The notes under the pieces are model-generated. The model ran no database searches. It was not told the DNA's origin and saw nothing but the letters and a program-made list of their open reading frames with translations. Position numbers and translations under genes: made by a program. Positions 30,562-40,249 of a stretch of 64,000 bases of DNA are shown here, one piece after another; position 1 is the first letter of the stretch, and each line of letters begins with the position of its first letter. This DNA comes from an uncultured bacterium (GTDB lineage Bacteria; Patescibacteriota; Minisyncoccia; Phycocordibacterales; CAIZLB01), in the NCBI GenBank assembly GCA_903848795.1, contig CAINHC010000001.1, positions 14,915 through 78,914 of the forward strand, written 5' to 3'.

Positions 30562-31557
30562 TTATAGCAGAGAATCATGAAAAGATTCAAATAAGTTTTC
30601 AAAGAGAGACGCAACTGTCAGTGGACCAACACCACCTGGCACTGGAGTGATAGCTTTCGCAACATTAGAAACATCATCAAACGCAAAATCTCCACATATC
30701 TTTCTAAGATTTTCACTTTCGCCGACTGAAATATCAACAGACGTAATCCCAACATCAATTAAAATTTGATCATAAGATAAAAAACTCTTATCAATAAAGC
30801 CGGGAGCTCCAATTGCTGATATTAAAATGTCCGAGGCTTTAGTTATTTCTTTTAGATTAAAAGTTTTAGAATGACAAATCGTAACGGTTGCATCTTTCGC
30901 CAACATAACAAGAGCAATCGGCTTGCCCACCAAAACAGATCTTCCAATTATGCAAACTCTTTTACCTACAACATCAATATCATATTCATTTAACAAACTC
31001 AAAACCCCCTTGGCCGTTGCTGGAATGAAGCCTTTAAATATAGTTTTTTTAAATTTATCTATTTTTTCATTCAAGAACTCAGATGCATTGAAAGCCTGAA
31101 CTGAAAAAATAGAGGTCTCACTGTCGCCCACAGATTCATCTGCTTTAAAATTTCTTTGAACCAATAGCCCAAGACTCGTACTACTTAATCCATCTACATC
31201 TTTTCTGTAATCAATTGCGTTCGTAATGTTATGAACCAATAGGTGCCTTGGCAGTGGTAGCTGAACAATTATTCCATGTACAGAATCATCATTATTATAG
31301 TTTTGAATCTCCGCAATTAAATCAGATTCACTTACATACTCCGGTAACATAATATGCAAAACTTCTGCACCGATATACTCAGCAAACTTTTTCTTTTGAC
31401 CAATATAAACAGTAGAAGCTTTATTGTCCCCTATTTGAAATATTACGAGCGTTGGAGGAATAAAACTATCCCCCTCTCTTTCTTTTATCTCATTAATACG
31501 AGAACGTAAATTCTCTTTCTTATTATCTCTGATATCTATTCCTCGAAGTAAAATCAT
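30562..31557 (-). CDS. folD: Bifunctional methylenetetrahydrofolate dehydrogenase/cyclohydrolase
   Basis: 'HGIIVQLPLP', 'KDVDG', 'GRSVLVGKP', 'TPVPGGVGPLTV'. Confidence 0.96.
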   Translation of the reverse strand: MILLRGIDIRDNKKENLRSRINEIKEREGDSFIPPTLVIFQIGDNKASTVYIGQKKKFAEYIGAEVLHIMLPEYVSESDLIAEIQNYNNDDSVHGIIVQLPLPRHLLVHNITNAIDYRKDVDGLSSTSLGLLVQRNFKADESVGDSETSIFSVQAFNASEFLNEKIDKFKKTIFKGFIPATAKGVLSLLNEYDIDVVGKRVCIIGRSVLVGKPIALVMLAKDATVTICHSKTFNLKEITKASDILISAIGAPGFIDKSFLSYDQILIDVGITSVDISVGESENLRKICGDFAFDDVSNVAKAITPVPGGVGPLTVASLFENLFESFHDSLL

Positions 31558-31596
31558 TTTGTTGAATTTGAAATTTGAAATATCTATTAAAAATAC

Positions 31597-32328
31597 CTAT
31601 TTAATTTGAAACGAAGCCTTGACTGTAACCATCACATCTTTGTCGATAGTTGAAGTATCATAAGATCCATAATCAGACACATCATTAGAACCAGAAGTCA
31701 TAACCTGAACAACACCCGCTCCTGCTGATTTTATTTTTCCAACCGAGCTTCCTGCCGGTTTAACAATTGCATCAGCTCTTGCTTTAGCGTCCTTAAGTGC
31801 TTCTGGTAATAAACTAACCTTAATGTCCTGCAGACCGGAGAAATAATATTCAGGATTTTGTGGAGAAACAACAACACCAGCAAAAATCAAATCTTTTATA
31901 TTCTTAGACATAGTATCAACCAACTTAACATCACTCGATGAAATACTAATTGTCTGACTAAGATTGTACTTTTTTACTGATGAACTTGGATTGCTTTCGT
32001 AAACTTCATTCATAAGAACTGGAGTAATTTTCAAATCAGCTTCATTGAAACCATTTTTAACAAAAAAAGCTTTAACTATTTTCAAATCGCTATCCATTTG
32101 GGTATACCCGTCCTTTACTGTATCAAGCGTCACCGGTCTCATAAAATTAATTGACCACTTAGCTTGATCTGCAATAACGCTCTTTCTGGCGGACCCAGTC
32201 ACTGAAACCGAATCATCCATCGCCTTTATACTATAAAAAGCATAGGCACCGATAATGGCCGATAAAAGTATTGCAACACCAATTACAAAACTTGATTTAA
32301 ACATTTGAGATTTATTTTCTGTATTCAT
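31597..32328 (-). CDS. SIMPL/DUF541 domain protein
   Basis: 'VSVTGSA...ADQAKW', 'DAKARADAI', 'DTSTIDKDVMVTV'. Confidence 0.85.
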   Translation of the reverse strand: MNTENKSQMFKSSFVIGVAILLSAIIGAYAFYSIKAMDDSVSVTGSARKSVIADQAKWSINFMRPVTLDTVKDGYTQMDSDLKIVKAFFVKNGFNEADLKITPVLMNEVYESNPSSSVKKYNLSQTISISSSDVKLVDTMSKNIKDLIFAGVVVSPQNPEYYFSGLQDIKVSLLPEALKDAKARADAIVKPAGSSVGKIKSAGAGVVQVMTSGSNDVSDYGSYDTSTIDKDVMVTVKASFQIK

Positions 32329-32410
32329 ATCTAAAGTCTATAACACAAAGGTATATAATACAATGAAGAGCGCGCAATACGAAATACCGCAAGACATGTC
32401 GAGTTTAGAC

Positions 32411-33211
32411 CTATAATCCAAAGGCAGACAGCAGAATCAAAAACAAGACACCGACGATAATTCTATAATAGGCAAATCCAATAAAATTATGCTTCTGGAT
32501 GTAACTTATAAATCCCTTGATTGCCAAAATAGCAACAATGAAAGCTGTAATGAAACCTGTTGCCAATAGAACAATCTCATTGTGACCAATTTCCCCTACC
32601 CCCTTATACAAATCCAAAAAAGATGCAGCTAGCATTGTTGGTATAGCAAGAAGGAAAGAAAATTCTACGATGTCCGAACGAGAGACTCCAGAGATTTGTC
32701 CTCCAATGATTGTTGCAGCAGATCTTGAAACCCCAGGAACCATAGCAATCGCTTGGTAAAAACCAACCTTAACAGCTTGCGTGTAGCCAACATTTAAGTC
32801 ACCATTCAGACCATGCTGAATATTTAATCTGGACTGATACTTTGCATTGCGTTTCTCAAACCAAATTATCAAGATACCACCGACTATTGATGAGATGGAG
32901 ACTACCCAAGAACTACCGAGCAAATACTTCTTGACTACACCATGTAGTGCCAAACCGAGAATTGCTGTAGGGATAAACGCGACAATCACCTTTTTTATTG
33001 TATCTTTAGAGGTTATCAATCTTTTAAAATATAAGACAACAACGGAGAGTATTGCACCAAGCTGAATAAATATTTCAAAGGTCTTCAAAAAATCTGTCTC
33101 TTGTAACCCCAATAACTTGGAAGCTAATATCATATGACCAGTGGAGGATATCGGTAAAAACTCTGTAACACCTTCAATTATACCTAAAATTATTGCGTGG
33201 ATTATATTCAT
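32411..33211 (-). CDS. uppP: Undecaprenyl-diphosphatase
   Basis: 'EGVTEFLPISSTGH', 'PGVSRSAATI', 'EFSFLLAIP'. Confidence 0.97.
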   Translation of the reverse strand: MNIIHAIILGIIEGVTEFLPISSTGHMILASKLLGLQETDFLKTFEIFIQLGAILSVVVLYFKRLITSKDTIKKVIVAFIPTAILGLALHGVVKKYLLGSSWVVSISSIVGGILIIWFEKRNAKYQSRLNIQHGLNGDLNVGYTQAVKVGFYQAIAMVPGVSRSAATIIGGQISGVSRSDIVEFSFLLAIPTMLAASFLDLYKGVGEIGHNEIVLLATGFITAFIVAILAIKGFISYIQKHNFIGFAYYRIIVGVLFLILLSAFGL

Positions 33212-33233
33212 AGAGACATTGTATCATCAGGTG

Positions 33234-33327
33234 GGCGATTCTCAAAAATCCCCCACTGAAAGAGAATGCTGGCGATTCTGCTGAATCGTAACCAAAATTA
33301 TTATTTGGGTGATTACCCAAAATATTC
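33234..33327. repeat. Three degenerate GGYGATT...AATC palindromes at 37-bp period
   Basis: Copies at 33234, 33271, 33308; same family as 23273-23342. Confidence 0.6.
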
Positions 33328-33335
33328 GTGATAAA

Positions 33336-33908
33336 TTAATCATTATTTAACTCCCTCTTTTTAAAGAAGTTCTCAAATATGAAAACGGAAATGGATGAAA
33401 TTAGTAATCCAAGAACAATACCCACTATTACATCGCTCAAATAATGAACAGATAAATATACCCTACTAAACGCAATGGTAAGTGCCAACAGTGAAAGAAT
33501 TATAATAAACAACATTCTTAAAAAAATATTTCTAATGTGATCCTTGTACGCAAATATTAGCAATGAACAAAATAGGGTTGCGATAGCTGCATGGCCACTT
33601 GGAAATGAATACCCATCAACCTGAACAATTGCTTCAAGTGGACGTGTCCGAGCGATTAAAACTTTCATAATATATACGGTTAAGGCGCCAACTCCCAGGG
33701 TTATAAAAAACTGTAGCAAATAATACGGTTTCTTATACAACCAAAACAACATAGCGGTTGCAATCGTCAATAGTAAAAATGATTGAGGACTTCCCACACT
33801 ACTCACAAATAAAGCCACTTTAACACCAAACGGGGTTATAAAAGATGGCATCCAGCCTATAACATTCAAATCAATTTTATGAGCCAGTAGAAGAAAAAAA
33901 GAATTCAT
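33336..33908 (-). CDS. PAP2-family phosphatase
   Basis: 'K...ARTRP', 'SFPSGHA', 'SRVYLSVHYLSDV'. Confidence 0.93.
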   Translation of the reverse strand: MNSFFLLLAHKIDLNVIGWMPSFITPFGVKVALFVSSVGSPQSFLLLTIATAMLFWLYKKPYYLLQFFITLGVGALTVYIMKVLIARTRPLEAIVQVDGYSFPSGHAAIATLFCSLLIFAYKDHIRNIFLRMLFIIILSLLALTIAFSRVYLSVHYLSDVIVGIVLGLLISSISVFIFENFFKKRELNND

Positions 33909-33924
33909 ATATTGTTTTATAATA

Positions 33925-34296
33925 TTAAATAAAATGTTTAAATATAATTATCGCCCCCACAGCTACAGCCGAGATAGATGCTAGCAGGACAGAGCCAGCT
34001 ATTGTGTCTTTTATTATACCGACAACAGGATGATGATTCGGTTCCAATTTATCCCAAGTATATTCAATGGCGCTATTTACCATTTCAGCCACCAGCACTA
34101 TTGATATCACAATTATCAGAAGTGCAAAATCAATCCAACTAAAATCTAGATAAAAAGCTGTAAATAAAACAAAGATAGAAATTATAATGTGTAACCTAAA
34201 ATTTCTCTCATTCCTAAGAACATATCTAAGACCTTTTACAGCACAGCCAAACGAATTGAAAAATGGATTTATTTTTTTGTTAGCAAAATTTGTCAT
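33925..34296 (-). CDS. dgkA: Diacylglycerol/undecaprenol kinase (DgkA family)
   Basis: 'ERNFRLH', 'EMVNSAIE', 'IKDTIAGSVL'. Confidence 0.92.
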   Translation of the reverse strand: MTNFANKKINPFFNSFGCAVKGLRYVLRNERNFRLHIIISIFVLFTAFYLDFSWIDFALLIIVISIVLVAEMVNSAIEYTWDKLEPNHHPVVGIIKDTIAGSVLLASISAVAVGAIIIFKHFI

Positions 34297-34326
34297 ACTT
34301 ATAGTATACTACCTAAATAAACTAAG

Positions 34327-35541
34327 ATGATTTTAGATATCCCCAAATTCAATAAAATTAAGAATCGCACAATGAAATTAGGATTTTTAATAGCCCTAAT
34401 ATCAATAACGACTTCCGCGACAACCGCGACAACCTTAATTGTCCCGACGTCCCCTTTGCACCATTTTTTATCCTCTTTTTTAACAATTAAGCACGCAGGC
34501 GCTACAACCTCACCCTACTCACCTTTCATAGATATACTAAACGCCAGCAGTACCACAAACTATAATTCGCTAAATAACAGCTCGTCTTCAATTATTCAGA
34601 TCAATGCTGTGAAAGTTTGGCAGGAAAACGGAGATTTCACGCGAACACTCAAGAAAGGATCTAAAGGCAATGATGTGTTAGTGCTTCAGATTATTCTCAA
34701 ATCACTAACTAATGACAAAACTAAAAATTCAGCCAATGGATATTTTGGACCAATGACCTACAATAATTTACAGACAGTTCAAGCCAAACTAAATCTTCCC
34801 ATAACAGGCATACTTGACCAAGCCACAAGACTAGCAATTAACGATCTAATGTTTAGAGAGCTTTGTCCAACTGCAATTAGGGTTATAGGCCAGGACAACA
34901 TGGTTGAGAGTGATTTTGACAAAGTATTTGAAAATCTTAATCGATCAAAATCTATTCCACTCAATTATATTCCCCATGATTTGGTAAGAGTTCCAAATTC
35001 AATCAAAACAATTGGCATAATGTGTGTATCAGACAGAATTATTCGACATCTTCAAGAAATGATTTCTGATGCAAAAAAACAAAAACTAGATATTGCCATA
35101 ACATCTTCTTATAGAAGTGCTGATATGCAAAAGTTTTTATACTCGATGTGGATTAATCAAAGTGGCGCTGCAGCCAAAGCTGGAATCGCAGAAGCAGGTC
35201 ACTCTGAGCATCAACTCGGAACAACAATAGACGTCTCAGGAAAAAGTATAGGCAATGCTGGTGTCAGCCCAAGTTTTGCGAATAGTAAAGAAGGAAAATG
35301 GATGGCTCAGAATAGTTATAAATATGGTTTTATTATGAGTTACCCAGACAAAAAGCAAAAGGAGACTGGTTATATTTATGAACCGTGGCACTTTAGATAC
35401 ATTGGTGTAGATAACGCAAACGACATTTTTACAGAAAAAATAACCATTCAAGACTTTTTGAATTTTTCAGAGGCCACCACGAGTACGACATCAAGCACAT
35501 TAACAAGTGCAACATCGACCATGGCGACATCAACAAAATAA
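34327..35541 (+). CDS. D-alanyl-D-alanine carboxypeptidase (M15B/VanY) with peptidoglycan-binding domain
   Basis: 'LKKGSKGNDV...GYFGPMT' PG-binding; 'SSYRS', 'GHSEHQLG', 'YEPWHFRYIG'. Confidence 0.9.
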   Translation: MILDIPKFNKIKNRTMKLGFLIALISITTSATTATTLIVPTSPLHHFLSSFLTIKHAGATTSPYSPFIDILNASSTTNYNSLNNSSSSIIQINAVKVWQENGDFTRTLKKGSKGNDVLVLQIILKSLTNDKTKNSANGYFGPMTYNNLQTVQAKLNLPITGILDQATRLAINDLMFRELCPTAIRVIGQDNMVESDFDKVFENLNRSKSIPLNYIPHDLVRVPNSIKTIGIMCVSDRIIRHLQEMISDAKKQKLDIAITSSYRSADMQKFLYSMWINQSGAAAKAGIAEAGHSEHQLGTTIDVSGKSIGNAGVSPSFANSKEGKWMAQNSYKYGFIMSYPDKKQKETGYIYEPWHFRYIGVDNANDIFTEKITIQDFLNFSEATTSTTSSTLTSATSTMATSTK

Positions 35542-35560
35542 TATTTATGTAAGTTGTGAA

Positions 35561-36124
35561 TTATTTTAGAGAAAAGCAGTGAGTGTTGGAGGATGGAGTA
35601 ATGACAGTCACAAATTCGTCAGATGAACTTTCATAGGTAGGCCAATCACTGAAATTAGAGCCCCAAAAATAGTCTGAAATCACAATTATATATTTTGGGA
35701 TTCGAATATCTCCTGTACATCTAAATTTTTGTGCGCCAAGAACATCTGTATTCACAAAAAAGATCCACGCTTCATTATCATCTTTCCCCCTTGGATTAGG
35801 TAATATTTTCATGTATTTTGACATCAATGCCGGTAACCCAGACCCTATAGTTTCAATAGGCGTTTTCTGTGGGTTGTTGAATGCCTGATAAGCATATCTT
35901 TGCGATAATGTAGACTCAAACGGATATTTACCATTATCATTTTTATACATCTCTAAAGCATTAACAAATTGCATAATTTCTGATCTGAAGGCTTTTTCAT
36001 TAGCTTTATTTCTAGCAGTACTTACACCAGCCATAACAATACTAGAAAGAAGTGAGATTATCGACAAAACAACCAAAAGCTCAATCAATGTAAATCCTTT
36101 TTTTGTCTTTTTGTCTTTTTTCAT
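35561..36124 (-). CDS. Type IV pilin / GspG-like prepilin
   Basis: 'KKGFTLIELLVVLSIISLLSSIV' N-methylation site; start refined to 36124. Confidence 0.9.
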   Translation of the reverse strand: MKKDKKTKKGFTLIELLVVLSIISLLSSIVMAGVSTARNKANEKAFRSEIMQFVNALEMYKNDNGKYPFESTLSQRYAYQAFNNPQKTPIETIGSGLPALMSKYMKILPNPRGKDDNEAWIFFVNTDVLGAQKFRCTGDIRIPKYIIVISDYFWGSNFSDWPTYESSSDEFVTVITPSSNTHCFSLK

Positions 36125-36248
36125 ATAGAAATCTAGGGTATGTGTCTGCATCTTGTTGCATAATTCTATTTTACCCTTCTTTTATTATTCCGTATTTTTA
36201 TAAATTATATACAATTCAGTATATCACAGCATCACTAATAAAATTTAT

Positions 36249-36962
36249 CTATCTGATCTCCTTCCATTCCTCGTCAGATTGCTTAAAGAAAAAAACCATA
36301 ACGGTATTAGAAATCCATTGCCATAAAAGCTTGGGCCATCCAATCTTGTGCGCCCTTCTCCCAGTATGATATACCTTCAATTCAAGCGGTAATTTTGTTC
36401 TACCAATTTTTGCAAGGCGCCAAAACAAATCCATATCCTCACTAACCGTTATTCTTTCATCAAAACCATTAACCGCCAAAAAAGCTTCCCTCTTAATCAT
36501 CTGAAACTCGCCTCCCGCAGCTCCAAACCTGATAAAGTTCAAAAAGGAAAAATAATATGCAACAATTTTAAAGATGATAATATCATAGACATTAGCCATA
36601 TCTTTCAAAACAACACATTCCGCTGTAACCGCAACAAGTTTTTTATCCCTATCAAAATATTTCTCAGCTCGTTTTATAAGATCGTTTATGTCTGGAATAA
36701 TCACGTCGGCATCAACAAATATAACGTACTCCCCCGTCGCTAGTTTAGCCCCATCATTTCTCGCCTGAGAAATTTTTTGTTTCTTCTCTTCATTGTAAAC
36801 AACAATTTTATTCGTATATTTCTTAACAATCTCGATAGTTCTATCCCTACTCCTGCCGTCTGAAATTATAATTTCCTTTTCTCCAGAGAAAGCATTCAAG
36901 GATTTCAATGTGTCCTCAATGGTCTTTTCCTCATTTAATGCTGGGATTACAAAAGAAATCAT
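36249..36962 (-). CDS. Glycosyltransferase family 2
   Basis: 'SFVIPALNEE', 'DGRSRD', 'FVDAD', 'EDMDL'. Confidence 0.92.
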   Translation of the reverse strand: MISFVIPALNEEKTIEDTLKSLNAFSGEKEIIISDGRSRDRTIEIVKKYTNKIVVYNEEKKQKISQARNDGAKLATGEYVIFVDADVIIPDINDLIKRAEKYFDRDKKLVAVTAECVVLKDMANVYDIIIFKIVAYYFSFLNFIRFGAAGGEFQMIKREAFLAVNGFDERITVSEDMDLFWRLAKIGRTKLPLELKVYHTGRRAHKIGWPKLLWQWISNTVMVFFFKQSDEEWKEIR

Positions 36963-37039
36963 GTTTATTTTTATATTTTATACTAATTATTCAAACAATT
37001 ATTGGTTTGCAGACTGTCTACAGTTTGTCCATATTAATT

Positions 37040-37648
37040 CTAATATTCCAATTCCTTAGATTTTTTTGCAACATACCTAGAGAAGAAATAAATTGAAGAT
37101 ATAACCACAACAGCCAATATGATCAAAAATAGATCTTTTAAATTATCTGAAATTCCTAAATACAATTCTCCAAAGAAATATCCAATGGAAAGCAATATTG
37201 AAACAAGGAAAAACTCACCGACAAAGTTTATAAGCATATACCTTTTGAAAGAAACCCTTGTCATACCAGCAACTGTCAAAACTCCAACGGCAAAGCCAAG
37301 TCCAAGAGTTAATTTAGAAAAAATCAATATTCTCTCATGATATTTTGAAAATAACCCCTTAATTTTTTCAAATCTTTCTGGAGTTATTCCAATAAACTTA
37401 CCTTGTTTTTTCAGAATAGGGTCTGCAAAATATCTACCCACGACATACCAAAACACATCGCCAACTAAGTCCCCTATAAGAATCGCTATAAAAAGTGGAG
37501 TTAATTCAAAAAAACCAGTTCTGTATAAAAGACCTGAGGCAACCATTAGAACTGGGCCTTCAAAAATTACTCCAACACCAATGAGAGGATATCTAAAGTA
37601 AGAAGCAAAACCTAATAAACCGGTTAAAAATGACATTGTCTGAATCAT
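37040..37648 (-). CDS. DedA/VTT family membrane protein
   Basis: 'FEGPVLMVASG', 'GDLVGDVFWYVVGR', 'SIGYFFG'. Confidence 0.85.
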   Translation of the reverse strand: MIQTMSFLTGLLGFASYFRYPLIGVGVIFEGPVLMVASGLLYRTGFFELTPLFIAILIGDLVGDVFWYVVGRYFADPILKKQGKFIGITPERFEKIKGLFSKYHERILIFSKLTLGLGFAVGVLTVAGMTRVSFKRYMLINFVGEFFLVSILLSIGYFFGELYLGISDNLKDLFLIILAVVVISSIYFFSRYVAKKSKELEY

Positions 37649-37682
37649 TGTACTATTGTACTACATTTTAGATTTAAAATAT

Positions 37683-37946
37683 CTAGTACTTTCCACACTT
37701 TTTATCATTCTTAATTAATTCTAGTTTTTGCTCTTTTTTCCACCTTTTAATTTCCGCCTCCCTACCTCGAGCTTCATTTAGGGTCTGGAAGGTTTCCGAA
37801 TATTTCAAAAATACTGGGCGTCTAATTTTTGTGTAATGCGCGCCGGATTTTAGGTTATTATGTTGATTGAGTCTTTTTTCAAGGTCATTAGTGCAACCGA
37901 CATACAGGGTCTTATCAGCACATTCGAGGATGTAGACGGTGAACAT
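37683..37946 (-). CDS. GIY-YIG nuclease (YhbQ/UPF0213-like)
   Basis: 'VYILECADKTLYVGCTNDLEKRLNQHN...GAHYT...EAEIK'. Confidence 0.92.
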   Translation of the reverse strand: MFTVYILECADKTLYVGCTNDLEKRLNQHNNLKSGAHYTKIRRPVFLKYSETFQTLNEARGREAEIKRWKKEQKLELIKNDKKCGKY

Positions 37947-37948
37947 TG

Positions 37949-38023
37949 TGGGGTGCCTAGAGAGAATCGGACTCTCGATACCGGTTCCACAAACCGGAGT
38001 TTTACCACTAAACTATAGGCACC
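37949..38023 (-). tRNA. tRNA-His(GTG), with G-1 and encoded CCA
   Basis: Cloverleaf: acceptor GTGCCTA/TAGGCAC, anticodon arm CCGGT-TTGTGGA-ACCGG, T-loop TCCGATT. Confidence 0.92.
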
Positions 38024-38193
38024 ATGTATTTGGCGTCACTGAGCATTTACAATACCCACTGACGCCAACTATATATATCATAAATATTGTCTTTTGACGA
38101 GTTTTTTATCCAGCTTTTATCCGCCGTAGTTTTATCCGCCGTAGCCCTATCTCCACACCAAAACCGCATAAAACACAAAAGCCACGCTGACGA

Positions 38194-39444
38194 TTACTTA
38201 GCCACCGAATTCAAATAATCCGCATACTCCTTAAAAGTTACACATTTTACCTTAGGCTTTCCACACACATCCTCAGCAAATGATTTCATGGCCTCCCAGT
38301 ATACACCATCATTCCATGTTGAAAAATGGTGGCCAATTACAACTGGAGCGTGATTTCCTTCGTAATTTTTATTGAAGTAATTCAGATAAGCGCCCTTCAT
38401 TTCATTAAAAAAGCTATTCCAAAGAGGCGTCCCCTTCTTGGCGACGTTCTTCACATGTGATTGCATCATCCAAAAATTATAATCCATAGAAAGAACGTAA
38501 TTACTTTTACCCGTAGTGCTTGGACTATTTAATTGTGAATGCAAATCAGGTGACTTAATAATACCAAGTCCAATATGCCAGACTCCATCCTTATCCTTTA
38601 CGGGATATTTTGTTGGCATCCTTATACCACTAGCATCATATAAATATTTTTTCAGAGATAAAACCTTATACAGACTATTATTAACCCCAAGCTCTGGCGC
38701 TCTAAAACCAACGAATTCAGATATATTAAAAGTCCATGGTGCGATAACCACGTTTGGATTATTCTTTTGAACATTCATTATTATTGAATCAAAAGAGTTA
38801 GATTCTTGAAGCCATTCATCGTAACTCCATTTGGATCCATTGAAGTGACCAACATTGTGTGATCCAATCTCATTTCCCTCAGAATATGCCAAGTTTATTT
38901 GCTCCACCCTATCTTTAACATCTTGCTCACTATCAGCATACCCAATCATGGATGCGCCCATTTTGGCTCGTGGAGGCTGATAGACATACTTAGCGGTCTC
39001 TTTGGTAATTAGATAAATTGGATTAATAAAATAAGTAAAATGAATAGGCTTCCCTTTAGCAATCATATCTTTTGAAAACTGACGAGTTTCTTTCCACATA
39101 CTCAACGATCTCGATCCATCAAAGGAGAAGATAACATATTGAATATCTGAATATGTAGCTGAGGATGAGGCTGATATTTCTGAAGTTCCCGTGGCGTGCG
39201 AGCTAATCTTTTCAACTGTATTAGCAGTATCGGCATCACCTTCAGAAACAGAATCGGCATCACCGTTCGAATACCCCAAAAATTCAGAGGAATTAGAAAC
39301 CCCAGCCCAGCTAATCAATAGGTTACCGCCCTTGTAAACCAAAAAAGATAAGGCCAAAACAAATACAACAACTCCCACAACGGTCCTTATATTTATTAAA
39401 ATTTTTGAATATTTTTTTGTTTTTTTTTCTATATTTGGTGGCAT
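38194..39444 (-). CDS. Membrane-anchored polysaccharide deacetylase-like protein
   Basis: 'IFSFDG', 'EIGSHNVGH', 'GFRAPEL', 'IGHHF'. Confidence 0.8.
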   Translation of the reverse strand: MPPNIEKKTKKYSKILINIRTVVGVVVFVLALSFLVYKGGNLLISWAGVSNSSEFLGYSNGDADSVSEGDADTANTVEKISSHATGTSEISASSSATYSDIQYVIFSFDGSRSLSMWKETRQFSKDMIAKGKPIHFTYFINPIYLITKETAKYVYQPPRAKMGASMIGYADSEQDVKDRVEQINLAYSEGNEIGSHNVGHFNGSKWSYDEWLQESNSFDSIIMNVQKNNPNVVIAPWTFNISEFVGFRAPELGVNNSLYKVLSLKKYLYDASGIRMPTKYPVKDKDGVWHIGLGIIKSPDLHSQLNSPSTTGKSNYVLSMDYNFWMMQSHVKNVAKKGTPLWNSFFNEMKGAYLNYFNKNYEGNHAPVVIGHHFSTWNDGVYWEAMKSFAEDVCGKPKVKCVTFKEYADYLNSVAK

Positions 39445-39563
39445 TTTTGATTTTACTTTATATTTAATTTATTTTGATTTTATAATAACATCATTTAGAT
39501 GATTATGCTTGCCTTATTTATAGCTTTATTTATAGGTGAAATTTCTGTTTTATTCCAACGATC

Positions 39564-40181
39564 TTATTTATAAGAAGGAGAATCCTCAGATAAGCCGTTA
39601 AAATAATTCGCCAATCTCGCCATTACATACAAAAGTGAAGATAATCTATTCAAATATGCAAGTGTCCATTTTCCAATAGATTGTTTTCCATTAGATTCGC
39701 CAAGATACTCATCGGTATTAATATGAGAATGTTTTTTTACATCAACTTCACCAACAATAGCAATCACTCTCCTCTCAGCTCTTCTGACTATAGTCCTAGA
39801 AATATCACAAAGAACCGCCATCTCTGTCCCACCTGAAATGAAGAAACTCTTTATTGGTGGTAATATCTTTTCTCCCTCATCAACATAGGCTTCACACTCC
39901 CTCAGTTTTTCTTCAGTAATTGTCATATCAGAACCAGCGACCTCGGCTTGAATTATAAAAAGGTTTTGCTGTATATCGCTAGTAATTTTATCAAAGGCAT
40001 CCCCAAGTATTTCCATTTTAACCACCCCGCCATCAGCCTTAACTTTAATCAATCCCAAAAATGAATTAATTTCATCAAGCGCCCCAAGCGCCTCGGTGAC
40101 ATTCGAACTTTTTGAAATCCTCTGGTCACAACCAAAGGTCTTTGTTGTGCCCTTATCCCCCTTTCCTGTGTATAATGTCAT
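39564..40181 (-). CDS. Cob(I)alamin adenosyltransferase (PduO-type)
   Basis: 'LYTGKGDKGTT', 'GALDEINS', 'RTIVRRAER', 'YLNRLSS'. Confidence 0.92.
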   Translation of the reverse strand: MTLYTGKGDKGTTKTFGCDQRISKSSNVTEALGALDEINSFLGLIKVKADGGVVKMEILGDAFDKITSDIQQNLFIIQAEVAGSDMTITEEKLRECEAYVDEGEKILPPIKSFFISGGTEMAVLCDISRTIVRRAERRVIAIVGEVDVKKHSHINTDEYLGESNGKQSIGKWTLAYLNRLSSLLYVMARLANYFNGLSEDSPSYK

Positions 40182-40249
40182 ATTTTTGGTTGTGGTTTTA
40201 ATTAAGTGTCGGGGCTTTTAATAAATTGTGATAATGATATCATACCAAC

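Noticed and set aside
38101-38150. Short tandem duplications (TTTTATCCGCCGTAG x2; similar 10-bp doublets near 4384 and 27672)
   Set aside because: Two-copy, mutually unrelated intergenic duplications, best explained by replication slippage
39564-40181. PduO as evidence of cobalamin metabolism
   Set aside because: Stand-alone PduO genes are widespread and no other B12 genes are in the window
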